This document shows positions 13,698 to 27,900 of a stretch of 39,340 bases of DNA, piece after piece. Within the stretch, counting starts at the first letter, position 1; the number at the start of each line of letters is the position of its first letter. The notes beneath the pieces were generated by a model. That model had not been told where the DNA came from. It ran no database searches and was given only the letters and a program-made list of their open reading frames with translations. Source of the stretch: Dirinaria sp. TL-2023a (lineage: Eukaryota); assembly GCA_051941275.1 (NCBI GenBank), contig JAVEBF010000050.1, positions 1 to 39,340 on the forward strand, read 5' to 3'. Made by a program: the position numbers and the translations under genes.

Positions 13698-16600
13698 TCA
13701 AATTTCCATATCGCTCATCGCCTGATCCGTGCCGTCATCGAGGGACCGAATAGGCAAATCCAGGCTCTGCTTTTCTTGCTGGGCCATAGCTTGTGCAGAC
13801 ACGAGTTCTGCAAGCCGCTTCAATCGTGGCGTCTGCAACCAGGAAGGGGTGTACGTCTCCAGAGCATTAATGACACGAGGCTCGGCGATCTCATACGGAC
13901 CACTATCCTCCATGTCAACAGCTGTAAGGAGCAGTACATCACCCTTCTCGGTAACGCGGGAGGCTACGGCTTTCATGATGTCGCCGTTAATTGGCTGCTC
14001 GTAATCGGCAACGAGATACTGATTCAAGAGCTTCTGGATTTGGTTAGGAGACAGCCTATGTTATACCGCCGTTAGCCAAAGGTACATGAACGGCTAAGAG
14101 GCTCTGCTTACATCCAACAAATATCCTGAATGATCTCAATGTCATTCAACGTCGCCTTCTTGAGCTGCAATAGCTTTGTAGCTTGCTGAAAAATAGTTAG
14201 CGGACGAAAGATTGGCTGTCAAGCTTGTTGGAGCATACCATCAGATGCTCAAGTTGCAGTGTACCCTCTGGCATATCATGGCTCTTACACCATTCCTCTA
14301 TTCGCGTAATGTTGTAGTTGATTTGAAGGCCGCGTTTCCACGACAGGAAGTTGCGCCGCATGAGTAAATCATTGAAAGCAGTCACACCCACAAGCCTTAG
14401 GAGCTCCGTCAAAGTCTGAGTAATTATCGAATCCTCCAGGTAATAAGCCTTCATGGCTTTGAAGACGTTGTTAAGTAAGCTGAGAAGGTTGTCCATGCTA
14501 TATGCCGGCGTGCTGTTAGATTGGAGTAACTTGCCTAGGAACCTGTTGCTTTCACTCGTCACAAATCCTGGAAGTGACTGGGATTCTATGATCGCTGGTA
14601 CTATCATCTTTTGTAATTTTTTCTTTAGTACCTTCATCCAAGTATGGTATATGTTAAATTCAAGACTCTCCAAGTCATGTTTCACGATCTCAAGGAGCCG
14701 ATCATACTCGAAATTATCCGTCTTCTGCGTCTCATACCAGTCCTCTGCGAGGAAGACAAACGAGAGCATCTCATGTACGTTTGATAGCCAAAAAGCGCCG
14801 GGGTTCACCGCGTCTTCACCTTCATGCTGCATAACTTCTTGCTGAACTGACTGCATTACATTGGCAAGAAACTTTTCAGATTCCTTAACAAAACCATTGT
14901 TCCACATCTCAGACGTCACAAGGTTGATCAAATATGCAGGAAACAATATCTCTTTATCTGTTGGAGGTGGGCTCGAGCTTGGAGTCGGGATCTTCAGGTT
15001 CTTGATGAGACCCAAGGTTACTTCTTCGTTCAAGCCCTCTTCGTCCGACAGGAGGTTTTCCAGCTCGATTTCGACATTGTCTTGGGCCAGAGTAGGACTG
15101 AACGTGGAACCGGAAAGGGTTTGAGGGTGTACAAATCCCGTGAAAGCCATCGAACTGGGACGAGGATTGTATGAAGAACTCACGCGCTCAGCTTCGATAC
15201 GTTCCGCACCGGCGCTTCTCCTTTTCGGCTTCTTGGAAGAAACAAGATTGATGAGCCCATTGACCTGAGGCGCTGCAGCATGCCCGTTTTGGAGCTCCCC
15301 ATTCACAGGCGCTGCTCTCTTGGCCAGATCTAATTGATCTTGCAAGTCTGTCAGCTGCTGACGCAAAGACATCTTCTCATTCTCATGGTCAATGCTAGCT
15401 TGCTTGGCATTGCCGACTTCAACACTTGCCAATCGAAGAGACTCTCGAAGACTTTTTGTTTCTTCCTGTAATCTTTTAGTGTTGGCAGTAGACTCTTCAT
15501 AGGCTTGCTGCAGCCGTCTCATGTCGTCCTCCATAGCGAGCAGGCGAGCAGCAGTAATGCCCGCCTGATTTGCTTCGGCCTGGAGTTCTTTGGATCGCGT
15601 TTCCAGAGCATTGTGCCTGCCCTTCCAGGATTTAAGCTGGCTTTCGTAATTCTCAACTTGCGCTAGCAACACCTTATTCTCGCGCTTGATCGTGCCCAAT
15701 GACTGTGTCAGCTCCACGACCTTATTCTCCAGTTTGTAGGAAATTTGCTTGAGGTCCCTGGCTTCTTCCCGTAATTTCTTATAGTCTCGCCTTGCTGTCT
15801 GACCACGCCACAAACTCTGAAGGATAACAACCTTTCGTCGGTACTGTCTCCAAGATCGTAGTTGTCGACGAGTCCGCCACGACCTCTGTATGATCTGCGC
15901 GGCATTGCCGATCCTGGTCTCCATGATTTTTCTTCGGCATAAATAGCCTTTCGTGACTCCTTGAAGAAGGATGATGTTGTTACGGATTTGGTCATATTCC
16001 TTCTTCGACTTGTGACCTCGCCACACTCTTTGTATGCTCGTCGCAGCCTTGGTTCGCCGCACTTCTTGAGCCCGCTGGCGAGAGAAGAAGCCCCTTGACC
16101 AGGCTTGCATATCCAATATCGATTCTCTAGTATCAAGGTACTTTCTCCGATAGTACTTGCAGCGCAAATTCTTCTGAATCATAATAGCGCATTGGTTCAG
16201 TCTTGACGTACGAAGGTTTTCCAAGAATGCTAGCATTCCTGCGCGGAAAAAAATCTTGGTAAGCCCCAGTTGATATTTGTCCAGGCCCCCGTTCGGACCC
16301 TGTCCTAATGCTTTCTTTAAGATGGCATCAGCCATTTGGCGAATATCCGAAGTCCATGATTCAGAAGGTACGAGCATGTAATAACGCATTGCAAATTCTT
16401 CGTAGGTCCAGCGGGTCGGATACCCGGCGCAACTGATCCTCACAGTCTCTAGAACACCACAAGCTCTCAGTTGACTCAAGACCATAGGTCCTTCGAATGC
16501 CCACGCGTCTTTAGCCTCGTTGGGCTTAATACATCGAATATAATGGACATCCGTGGAATTAATCGTACTCATCAGCTCTATGAGAGATGCTTTGAAGATG

Positions 16601-18715
16601 CCGCCCAACGTTGGCTTTCTGTTGGCTGCAACTCCCATACGTCTGCCAGGAGCCGTCACTACCTTGGTGGTTGACGCAGATGCCGAGTCCTTCTCGCGAA
16701 CTAATGACGCGGTCTCGAGGACCTCTTTCAGAAATGGATTAGTGGATAGGCGGAGTACCTCCATGTATTCATCGGGCATAGTGTCTCTATTCTTCTCTAT
16801 AAAGCCGTCCGACTCGTAGGTAACGTCTATGGCGTAATGGCATACCGTGAAAGCGGATTTCCCGAACCGTGGCTTTTTATAATAGCTTGACTTGTCATTG
16901 GAGAAGTTGTGGTGTAGTTTTGTCACAAATTGCTCGTCAGATCCCATGGGCAACCTTGATTCCTCGTCCAAAAGCGAGAGCACGCCAAGCTTAGCTTCGA
17001 TGAGATCTATGCATGGCTGGTTATCTGAGAAATCGATGAAGGTCCAATCAATCTGCTCCCGCAGGTATTCCTCCTGCTCTAACTTGAAGACATGCTGATT
17101 AAACTCTTGTTGTAGCTTTTCGTTTGCATAATTTATACAGAACTGTTCAAAAGAGTTTTTCGCGAAGTGCTCAAAGCCGTAGATGTCTAATACACCAATG
17201 AAACAGCTAGCGCGGCTGCTTACTTCTTCTGTTGAAAGACTGGCATTAATGGTTCCCACGAGCCATTCGAATAAGCTGGAATAGACAAACTTTGCAACTG
17301 AATCTCGAACGACTAAGGCCTGCTGCTGAGTTAGGTTGGACATAATCTTCTCCCCCCGGGTGATTAGCTGCTTCTTGACAATCCACTTAGCAAATTCAGA
17401 GGCGTCAACACCGAGCATTTGGCATGCTCGCGCTAATGAGGGTTCGGCGGGAGACAGCACCGAGTCTGTACGAGTTGCGGTGATTTTAACATTTCCAAGG
17501 TGGAGAAGCGCACCAAGGATACCGAATATTGACGCTTGTTTCTCCTCACTCACTCCGATTGTTGCCAGCGACTGCTTGGTAGCTTTGAACTCCGCTGAAT
17601 CATCCACACCCTCTATTGCAGGGTTACCGCCCTGGTTGAGGTAATCAAAGTGTTCCACAGAGAGTAATCCAAATTGTTCCCGTTCCTCGTTTGTAGCACC
17701 GGCTACCAGTTGGTAAAAAATGTGGTAGTTTCTCTCTTTCAGCGGTTGGAAGACCAATCTCGATCGTTCAAGTAGATAGGTTCGAATACGGGCTCCGATG
17801 ATTTCAGTTTTCTTGTCAAACATTATCTCGATATATTTTCCAAATCTTGAGGAGTTGTCGTTACGCGTGGTTTTCGCATTGCCGAACGCTTCCATGACGG
17901 GGTTCGTAGCAAGAATCTGCTCCTCGGTCTCGCTCATGGCATCAGCTATACCTCTGGCTCTTTTGCCCGGTTGATCAGGGGATTCCCGGGTGGCGAAGTA
18001 TCTCATGATATATTTCGCGCTTACTGTTTTGCCGGCCCCAGACTCGCCAGAGACAACTATGGTCTGGTTCTTGTTGTCCCGCAACATGTCCCTGCTGATA
18101 ATTAGCAAAAATTGCTGTCTATAGCGAAGACATGCCTTACGAAAAAGCTTCTTCAGCAATAGCGAAAAGATGTGGGGCTTGAGAGGACCGTTGCTTTCCT
18201 GCATATACCTGAACCATGCCAGGCACGTATAAAGAGTCAACGCGTGCAAAAGGATTCGTGGCAATGAGAACAATGCCGCTGTATGTGTAGATCTCTTTTT
18301 GCGAATACCGCAACTTGATGGCTTGTAGGACTAGAACGAAATTAGCGTTAGCTTTGCGTATATTGGGATTAATGCAAGCATGCCTGCTGGCTCGTTCAAA
18401 TACGAAAGATTTGTTAGATCATCACTGGCTTCGAGTATGGCCGGGTTCATCAGAGGTGGGAGCTCGGGGGTCGAGTCGTCCGCCAGGGCCGATGTAGTTG
18501 TCTCGACTACCCTTGTCTGTTGAAGCAGCATTGTCAGCCTGTCGAAGCGGTCCAGCCGCTTGTGTGGGAAGATTGTTCACCTCGCCGTTACTTAGTTCGA
18601 AAAGCAGCGTAACTTTGTCTCCATGAACCGTCTTTGATCGCACCTCGGAGGCGACCCATCCTTCCGTAGGATCTGGCTGCCAGGCTCGCGTACCAGCATC
18701 GTAGTTATGAGCCAT
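13698..18715 (-). CDS. MYO2: Class V myosin (MyoE/Myo2), multi-exon
   Basis: Start MAHNYDAGTRAWQPD, DDLTNLSYLNEP, P-loop GESGAGKT, NDNSSRFGK, LDIYGFE, IQ repeats, coiled coil and a C-terminal DIL domain (SWKRGLQINYNITRIEEW). The long ORF-track start at 18273 is an artefact of introns. Confidence 0.97.
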
Positions 18716-19733
18716 GGCCCCTCAGATCGATAGATTTAGGAATGCCGCCAGGGTGCCGGTAGATAAGTCGCGGCCACGGCGGCCTTAGGTTGAGTAGTGT
18801 AGCGGAAAGAGAAGTGACGGGCTGGCCGCGAGGTCCAAAGGGACGGGAGACTGGCAGGTAGAGGACCCCTAAGGAGAGAGTTCGGGCGTCAAAAGAGGGG
18901 TGGATGGAAGAAGAGGAAGAAAAGAAAGAGGATATTGGCAATCAAATGATGTATCATTTGCTGTCGGTGTCGCTCCTCAGTCTTGGATTTCTGCAATGGG
19001 GCCAACTCGCGGCACTAAGCGCGAACCTCCTTTTTCTCCTCGGCTATTAAGGTAAGTATTAGAGTATTATTTCAGGTGGCTGTTTACCTAAGCTCGCTAA
19101 GGTTTCGGGTTGCGGGGGCTCGGGGGCTTGCTGTTTCAAACATACCTTACTTAAGGTATCTTACTTACATGTACCTTACATAAGATATCTAATATACCTT
19201 TTCAGTTAAGATAAGGTCCCTTTAATATTGGGTAACCTGAGGTGGTTGTGTACCTACATTGGGTAAGGTAAGGTAGATCCTAAGGTAAGGTACCTAATTC
19301 ACACAAAGACTCATGACTAAGGTACCTTATGTAGACCGTTGCTCCGGATATTATTACCGCAGTGTTGGAAACCCAAAGAAGGGATACAGCATCACAGGAA
19401 CGAGTCTCTTCAGTCTAGACACCATGGCCATGTGATTGTGCAATGATCACAGTAAAATTGATAAGGACTATATGGGCATGTTGAAGCTCATTAAATGTCT
19501 AAGAAGTCTGGCTCAACTTGTGAACCGGCGGATCCAGGCAGTAATGAATACATTACTCCCCGCCTTTGATCTATCGACCATGGAGAGGAAGTGCAGCCTT
19601 CATTGCGTACTTGCCTTTTGCAGTCATTTTCTGTACAAATGCTGCCCTATCATCTGAGTGGCTTGCGACTTACTCCGCAAACCGTTTTCCTTCGCCCTGG
19701 CGGACACCCTTGCTATATGAAGGGAAGAGCGAC

Positions 19734-21457
19734 CTAATAAAGTACTCTTGTCATGATGCGAGCTGGAAAAAGTCAGCAATCGTCAATGCGTTGCGCCGCA
19801 GGAAAGCCTTTACAGCTCAATGACTCCAAGCTCTGATATATTTCCTTAATCACCGAGCCGCTGACGTCGCTAATGTCTGCCATGAGATATGCAACCTGGG
19901 CGAGGTGAGAATCCAAACAGAAACATCGATGGTTGGATTAGAGGCATACATCGCCACGGCTGTCAGTCATTTGCTTGTCCACATTGTGGTCTCCGAGAAC
20001 TTCATTCACTGTGCGACTTAGCATTAGATTACGGGCGTGGATTGTCCACAGACTTGCCCTTCCGCAGAACGCCAGGTACGTTATGGTGGATGTAGATAAC
20101 GCGTACATGGTTTGGCTCGTCCATTGTGAGTGAGCGAAGATTGACTTCGGGCATATTGACAGCTCCAAGAGTAGCCCCTTCGTTTACATAACGGACGAGC
20201 GCATCCCCGACCTCGGTGCCTATCGCTCTTTGAGCCTCTTCAGTACTGCCTCCAATATGTGGAGTGAGAATGATGTTCTTGAGGCTGCGGAGGTCATCTG
20301 CCCAAGGGTTCAAATCATTCACGAAATAATCTCCGTTACCACTGGGCTCTGCTGGATACACGTCGAGTGCCGCACCAGCGACTTTACCAGCTCTCATTGC
20401 GTCTATTAATGCGGGTATGTCGATAACGCTCCCACGGCTGGCGTTGATCAGATAACTACCATCTTTCATTTGACTGAACTGTTCCGTGCCAATCATCTTT
20501 TGTGTTTCTGGCAGTTCAGGAACATGACAGGTTACGAAATCCGAACACCGGAGGAGGGCCTCAAGAGTTGGCAGCTGCTTCGCTGTGCCCATTGCCATAA
20601 GATTAACTGTGTCGTAGAAATTGACGGTCATGCCCATAGCTTCAGCCAGAACTGACAGCTGAGACCCAATATGGCCGTAGCCAATGATTCCTGGTTTCAC
20701 ATTAGAGGTTCATAGGCCGACTGCTACGAACGCAAGTACCTAGTGATTTTCCACGTATCTCCCAGCAGCCATTGCTAACCTTATTCCAAGTCCCATTGTG
20801 CATCTCGTTCGAGCGATCACCGAGCTGGCGCGCTAAGGCGATGACCTCTGCAATGACCAGTTCCGCAACACTGCGTGAGTTGCTGAAGGGGGAATTGAAG
20901 ACGGCAATGCCATTTTTGGCGGCATACTGCGTATCTACCTGATTCGTACCGATACAGAAGCAGCCAATGACAATAAGGGTTTTGGCCTCCCGTAGAACTC
21001 GGGCTGTGAGCTTGGTCTTTGAACGGATGCCTATGACATGTATGTCGCTATTAATGGATCAATTTTGCAATCTTCGCAGTGTAGAAAGCGACGATCTACC
21101 CCACCGTATTTTGTTGATCAGCTCATCTTCGGACAAGGAGGATTTGAGCGCTTCCACCTGATAACCTTGGGCTCCCAATATATCCTGCCCTGTCTTGTTG
21201 ACATTTTCCAACAACAGAATCTTAATGTCCTCTGTTGCGAACGGCTTCAATTGCTTTGCAAACGAGCTTGTACCCCTTCGTGCCAATGAGGTCCCAGCCT
21301 TGCTCTGACTATGCGAGAAAGAGGAAAGGGTCCCTATCGGGGACGCTGATGTCCCAAGACTGGACGAGACTCTGGTGGCCAGACCATCCATCTCAGGCGG
21401 CATATCCATGTCATTAGGAGAACCATTGAGACCTGTCGAAATCATACTGGGAGGCAT
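19734..21457 (-). CDS. SER3: D-3-phosphoglycerate dehydrogenase with C-terminal ACT domain (multi-exon; start codon uncertain)
   Basis: LKPFATEDIKILLLENVN, GIRSKT, GCFCIGTNQVD, FSNSRSVAE, GIIGYGHIGSQL, NASRG, TPHIGGSTEEAQ and HHNVPGVLR. Ends RIMTRVLY*. Confidence 0.95.
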
Positions 21458-21507
21458 GCCGGGCTGGTATATAGTTTTTCGAAAGTCTCATAATGACGAA
21501 GATAGGG

Positions 21508-21567
21508 TGAGTCATCTTGGTGGTGAGACCTTCCTGATGATTAGGCAACTTGTGGATATGACGTCAT
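21508..21567. promoter_or_regulatory. Gcn4/CpcA site (TGAGTCAT) and ATF/CRE palindrome (ATGACGTCAT) upstream of SER3
   Basis: TGAGTCAT at 21508-21515 and ATGACGTCAT at 21558-21567, 50-110 bp upstream of an amino-acid biosynthetic gene. Confidence 0.6.
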
Positions 21568-22920
21568 TAGATATATTGGTCCGCTTGTCACTCGAGATTG
21601 CAAACGCACGAGAGCTCGGAGGGGTACTTGTACTTCTGTGTACTGAGTGAGGTACATGAACCAAAGGTAGGTACAACCTGTCTATACAGTAAATGTAAGG
21701 TGCTTGAAGTAAGTACTTAAAAAGCAGCAGGTGCTTTTACCCGGCATTGCCGCTGTGTAACCGTACTGTAGTAATAAGATAGACTGGCTTTCGTTGCTCA
21801 TGCAACTTGTTGTCATCCGCCGTAACCCAGTCTTTTTCTAAATTGTACCTCCAATCCAAATGCTTTTGAAACGTACGGAGATATCTGCTCTTCGCTACCT
21901 CCAGCGTCAAGTACCATATCTAGGTATTGAGTCTCACTGCCCCTACGCCACCCTACTCTACTGGCATATCACCCTCCCCATCAGGTTTCACGTGGTAAAC
22001 CATGTGACTTTTTTCATGTCTCAGATATAAGGATTGTCTACTTCTCTGCTTTGAATAGAATGCGAGTTTCAGGCAAAGACGGTTTAACGAAATCACGATG
22101 CGCATTTCCCACGAAAGTGCCAGCATTAAATAGGCAAATTGTTGATGACTAAAGATGTAAAAAAAAATTCAAAATAAAAAAGTTTGTGGGAGCCATTGAG
22201 AGATGAGAACGAGCTGGGGGGAGAGGGGGGTGTGGCAGGAAAGTGAAGGTGTTGGCTGACCAAAGCCAGCTAATTGTACGAATTCGAGAATGTTTAAAGC
22301 GGTATTGTAGATTCCATGATCACTTTAGCATCAAGGTACCTTAGGTTTTTGCTTTGAGTCGCGGCGAATCCTTGCATGAAAATTCGATCGGAGACTCCGA
22401 AGGAGAGATTGACGCGCAGAATATATCATTTTCTGCAGCTGCAGGACACGCGGGTGATGAACAAGTATATCACCTTCAGAATCTTTATGCAATCAGACAG
22501 CTGCTTCACACTACCAATATTGCACTTTGATGCCACTTTTGCGCTACGACAACACATTGAAAGACGCCTATTTCGGAAAATTAGGGGTTGGAGAAAGAGC
22601 TAAAAGGAAAAAACCTTAAGGGCGGAGCTATATTTTATCACAGACATCAATCTAGAATATCCCTAATAAGAATGAGCGGTCTTACTCGTGCCAATGAATG
22701 CACTGGGCTTTCCATGTTCAACGGTATTGATTGCATGCTACTGAGTCGAAATTTCGGCTACGCATGATACCAGCAACGTATGAACATTAATGGCTCGAAG
22801 ACGATATATTACATCCCAGATTGCCAGTGACCATATCCGTGCGGGCTTATTCAAGTACTGGCAGTAACTCTAGGATACCTTCTAAATCTGAGCATCATGG
22901 AGGGAGTGCTGGACCTGAGG

Positions 22921-24372
22921 CTAGCTCTGCTTGCACTCGGCTGCTTCTTGCTTGGGCTTTCCGCCGTCGTCCTAGAAGCGTATTAGTGGCCTTGCAAGCG
23001 ATGATTGATGTCAAATTTACCTCTTCGTCCGACTCCTCATCTTCCTCCCGATCATCGCTTCCATCATCATCATCTTCTTCATCGTCTTCGTCCTCGAAGC
23101 CGCCTACACCCAAATCATCGTCGTCGAGCTCCTCGAATTGCAGCGCCTCACCAGTAAACCAATCAATAGCGCGTGGAATAAGCTTTTCTTTGACGTCTTC
23201 TCCTAACTGATAATCCAGCTCCAGACGCTCCTCAACATCTTCCGGAACGTCTTCGTCTTCACTCTGGGGTGCCTTTGGGGGGTCAAAGAAATTGAAGAAT
23301 GACTCTTTGGGCACAGTCTTCTTCACAACACGAGTTTGCTTTGTGTCTGGAGAAACGGAGCGTTAGATATTACACAGGTGCAGCGTTACATTGGAGTACC
23401 CACTCTTGTTGCGTTGCTTCTTGCTCTCTATGCGCACAGTGAGATCTTTGTCGTCCTTCCAATTGATCTTGTCACCATCAGCGTGGTCGTAAATGAAGTC
23501 GCCACCGTAGCCGCTCTCTTCTTGGTAATAGTAGGTCTTGGTGATAGTCTTGTTCGTGAAGAATTCGTTTTCGGCAAATTCAAAGATAAGTCGAAAACCT
23601 GGTCGCTCAAGATACTCCATGCGAATGTCGGTCAAAGACTTTAGCGCTAGCTGATCATCGTCCGTGATCAGCTCGGCCAGAGAGACCTGATTCTTCATGG
23701 CAGAAAGCCAGAATTCCGGAATGCCTTTAATATCAGCTGCAGACTCATTCATTTCTGATTCTTCTGCCTTGCTCGACTCGGTCTCGTCGTCCTCTTTGGC
23801 TTGTTTACCGGCATTGACTTCCTCTTCGGAAGGCTCTGCGGCACCATTGACAATCCGGGCGCGCTTCTGATAGAGCGGCGTGAATTTAGCAAAGTACTTC
23901 TTCTCCAGTTCCAAAACTTCCTCTTGGAATTGTGCCTCGAGCTTCGAGTGCTCTTTCTGTACACCCTTAAGGCCAGCGACCCGACGACGAACAGGTGCAG
24001 AGAGCGACTCGATGTAGCCCGATGGACGCCCCACGAGCGAACTGAGTTTCCCTTCCATTAACGAGACAAGCTTCGGGTTTTGAGCGAATATCGATGCGGC
24101 CGCGGCACGATCGAATTCCTCTTTTACATGGATCAGTGAGAGGAATGACGAAACCAGAGCATAGCATGACAACTTCGATGCACTTACCTTCCTTGATGCT
24201 GGAAACTCCGGGCTGCTGAGCATGCGAAGATATTGGAGCATTGTTGGCAGGCGTATTTTGGGGTGTGCTACGACGCCACGGTCAGCCAGTGCCTTTCAGC
24301 AGTCAAGACCAGAAAGGTTTTGTACGGTGCAGTCTGAAGGTCAAGCTTCTTGTTGCGAATTGGTTCCGACAT
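22921..24372 (-). CDS. NAP1: Nucleosome assembly protein 1 (multi-exon)
   Basis: [55 protein letters not shown], acidic tail and C-terminal ECKQS* (CaaX-like). Confidence 0.96.
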
Positions 24373-24956
24373 CTTGACAGGACTCAGCTACTGAAACCCC
24401 GCTATTTGAAAGTGGGAGAAGGATGCAAGTTGAGGCAAGGCCAGAAAATTTTAAAAATCTTGATGAAGATGTTGAACAAACAACACTAAAAATACCCTAT
24501 TCCGCCGAAATGCCCCTCCTGTCGCGTCCGCTTAATGTGCCTTACATAAGGTAACCATTGACCCCACTCAGCCTTAGCGCTTTCTTACGCAGTAGTACTG
24601 TAAGGTACCTAGAGTTAAGGTACTCGTACACCTTACCTCAGTACCATAAGCTCAAACACCTCATTTCAACACCGCTCACCATGTTTCAACCCTGGGTAGC
24701 GAGATAAATCAGATCCTATCCATCCACCACGACTTAGGAGCTTTCAAGGCTTGTACATCTACTTTCCATGCTAAATCGCCCAAATCGTTGCTTACGGCTT
24801 GGAAAAGTTGCCTAATGCGCATGGGATCTGCGGCAGTAATGGAGCCTGAAAAATAGCTCATACGAAGGATTCTCGGCCTTAATGGCTTCGTTCGGGTCGA
24901 CTCCAAATCCGAGGGAAATATGGAAACGGTAGCTTTCCAGAAAGCCATCCAGATCT

Positions 24957-27900
24957 ATGCTAGAGAGGGGCCAGAATAGCAAGATGAATGGCAGCAGCCC
25001 CCACCCCGTAGAATCACGCCGCAGCGGCGAAAGGAGCTATAGACGGACGAGCACAACAAGTAATAGCTATTTCAATATGCCATTATATCGACACAATTCC
25101 AATATGAGCCAGTGAGATTCCTTGACCACTTCATAATCTCAAATTTTCTATAACCCATTCTGATCGTCTCACAGCGTCAGCTTTGTGTCCGAAGTTGAAA
25201 TGGCCCACGATGAGGTCTCAGGCTACAGATGCTCGGCTACCTTGTCGCCTAGAAGCTGACGGAGGTCAGGTATTTGCTGGTCCAATGTCAGAAAGTGTGC
25301 CCTCGAGTATCACAAGTTTTGTGAACCGCCGTTCACACGCAGACTCAGTAACGAGTTTTACATACTTTCAAGAAGAGGACGAGTCTCCCGAATATCTTAG
25401 CGATCAGGCGATTATTGATGAGAGCGATGATGAAACTGATAGCAGCAAGCAAATCAATGATGATTTGGCCTCGAGCATCGTCCTACCACGCCGAAAGCAA
25501 TCATCTGCCATGTCACGTATGTCAGCTGAGGATCCTCTTCTCCAGGGTCATGACTCGCCCGAAATCCAAGCGACCGTTCGTGGTCATGCCGCACGGACAA
25601 ATCAGAAGATTAGCATCGAGACTGAAGGTCTTCTCATCGTTATTGCAGGTTTCAAAACGAGAATATCTGGTTATACCGCTTATATCACGCTTTGCGTATT
25701 AACTTTAGGCCTCTGCTATCTCCTGCTTCGCTGGCTGCCTCGTTGGCGAGTATGGATGATTGGGTGTCCTAAGCCGTTGCAAGAGTGTGCTTGGGCGGTG
25801 ATTGAGGTATAATTACCCTCTGATCAGGAATCAACGTGACGTCGCTAAAAAAAAAAAAAAAAAAACAGAATCAATGGGGCGAGTTTACGGTACAGGATAT
25901 AGATCGACTGTCGTATGGCCATAGCTTGTCTACTGTATTTGGCACGCTAGAGAAGACGAGCTTCGACGATAATGATGAAGATGATGACCCAGTCGTGGCG
26001 GTCTTGAGGTTTTTAGACTATCGATACATACGATTCTGCTTCCACCCCCTTAAAGATAGGTTTGTACCTTGCAGTAATTGGAAAGATCCTGCTTGGACCG
26101 ACGTCAGGAAAATGAGGACAGGTCTTGACAGTGAAGAGCGGTCTAGGCGGGAACAGGTTTTTGGTAAAAATGATATCGAGATACGTCAGAAATCTAGTCT
26201 GCAGTTACTTGTCGATGAGGTGAGTTGTGATTCTTCACAAGCTGGTGGCTTTCTAATATCTCCCTCAGGTCTTCCACCCATTCTATGTCTTCCAGATTGC
26301 GAGCCTGACACTTTGGTCACTGGACGAATACTACTATTATGCAGTATGCATCTTTCTGATCTCGGTCGTTAGTATTATCACTACTCTAATGGAAACGAGG
26401 AATGTATGCTTCCACACCAACCTATATCATCGCTCGCTTCGCTAATCAGATACTAAGACAATGAAACGTCTTCGCGAGATATCTCGGTTCCAGTGCGAGA
26501 TCAGGGTCTTGCGTAATGGATTTTGTGAGCTTGTGGGTCATCTACGTAGGTCGAGCTTTGCTGAGACGTCGTAGGGCGTCAAGTGCTCAGTAGTGAACTT
26601 GTTCCCGGCGATGTCTTCGAAGTCTCAGACCCTTCTCTGAGTCAGATCCCTTGCGATAGCTTGCTACTAGCCGGCGATTGCGTGATGAATGAGAGCATGC
26701 TTACTGGTGAGTCTATACAGCTGATACTAAGGGAAACTACTATAACCTTTCAAAGGCGAGTCAGTACCGGTATCAAAAGTGCCAGCAATAAATGATACTT
26801 TGCACCTCTTAGATTTAAGAGCGAATTCGATCAGCGCAGAAGTTGCCAAGCACTTCTTATACAGTGGCACGAAACTCATTCGTGCTCGGCGTCCACAAGA
26901 AACTTCAAACGATGAAGCCGCGGCCCTTGCCATCGTTGTACGGACTGGTTTTAACACAACCAAAGGGGCTCTCATTCGTTCAATGCTATTCCCAAAGCCT
27001 TCCGGTTTCAAGTTTTACAAAGACGCCTTTCGTTACATATCCGTCATGGCTGTAGTCGCTGGGATCGGCTTCATTGCTTCTTTCATAAATTTTTTCCGGC
27101 TTGGAGTAAGCTTACAACTATATTTTCTTCTTTCAAGCTTACTTGTTGTAGTTGGCATGGCATCTGATCATTGTGCGAGCGTTGGACTTGATTACGATAG
27201 TGGTGCCTCCCGCGTTACCTGCGACACTGACCATTGGGACGAATTTCGCACTTTCTCGTCTGAAAAAAAAGGACATATACTGTATCAGCCCTCAACGGTA
27301 ATACCTGTCGGTCAGTCAGCGAACGTCGCTAACCTTCTTAAGGGTCAATGTCGGTGGAAAATTAGACATTGTCTGTTTCGATAAGACAGGTACTCTCACT
27401 GAGGAAGGACTAGATGTCCTGGGACTTAGAGTTGTGAATCGTCCAGCGATGAGGTATGAAATCTTTCGCTCAGCGCGATAACGGCGTCTTACAATATTCA
27501 AGGTTCAGTGACATACAGCTTGGTCCCACAGAGCTGCTTCCTAGCGCCGCCTTTGAGCGGGATCCTACCGTTGACTATGAGCTTCGTAAGGCCGCTTTGT
27601 ATACAATGGCGACTTGCCATTCGTTGCGTGTCGTAAATGGCGAGGCGATTGGAGACCCTTTAGATATTAAAATGTTTGAGTTCACTGGCTGGCTGTTCGA
27701 AGAAAACGAGCGAAAGACCAGTGAAGTTGATTACGATGAGCAGAACGATATGCCTACTTCAATAGCCAGACCGCCTGCAGGTTCAGAATATGACATCAAT
27801 GATCCTACAGAACCTAGCTCCGTGAGACCTCCAAATTCGAGGCCTCTTGCAACGCTAATTAATGACCCTAGTACTCTCCAATCGAACTCCGCGTTCTGAA

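Noticed and set aside
14453..17644. Several plus-strand ORFs of 67-130 aa within the myosin gene
   Set aside because: They are antisense shadow ORFs of a long conserved CDS, with no independent coding signal.
17775..17795. tRNA T-loop-like GGTTCGAAT
   Set aside because: It lies inside the myosin CDS and no cloverleaf can be built. No tRNA, rRNA or CRISPR array was seen in the window.
22821..23210. Ser-rich plus-strand ORF and TCA/TCG trinucleotide repeats
   Set aside because: This is the reverse complement of the Asp/Glu-rich acidic tail of Nap1.
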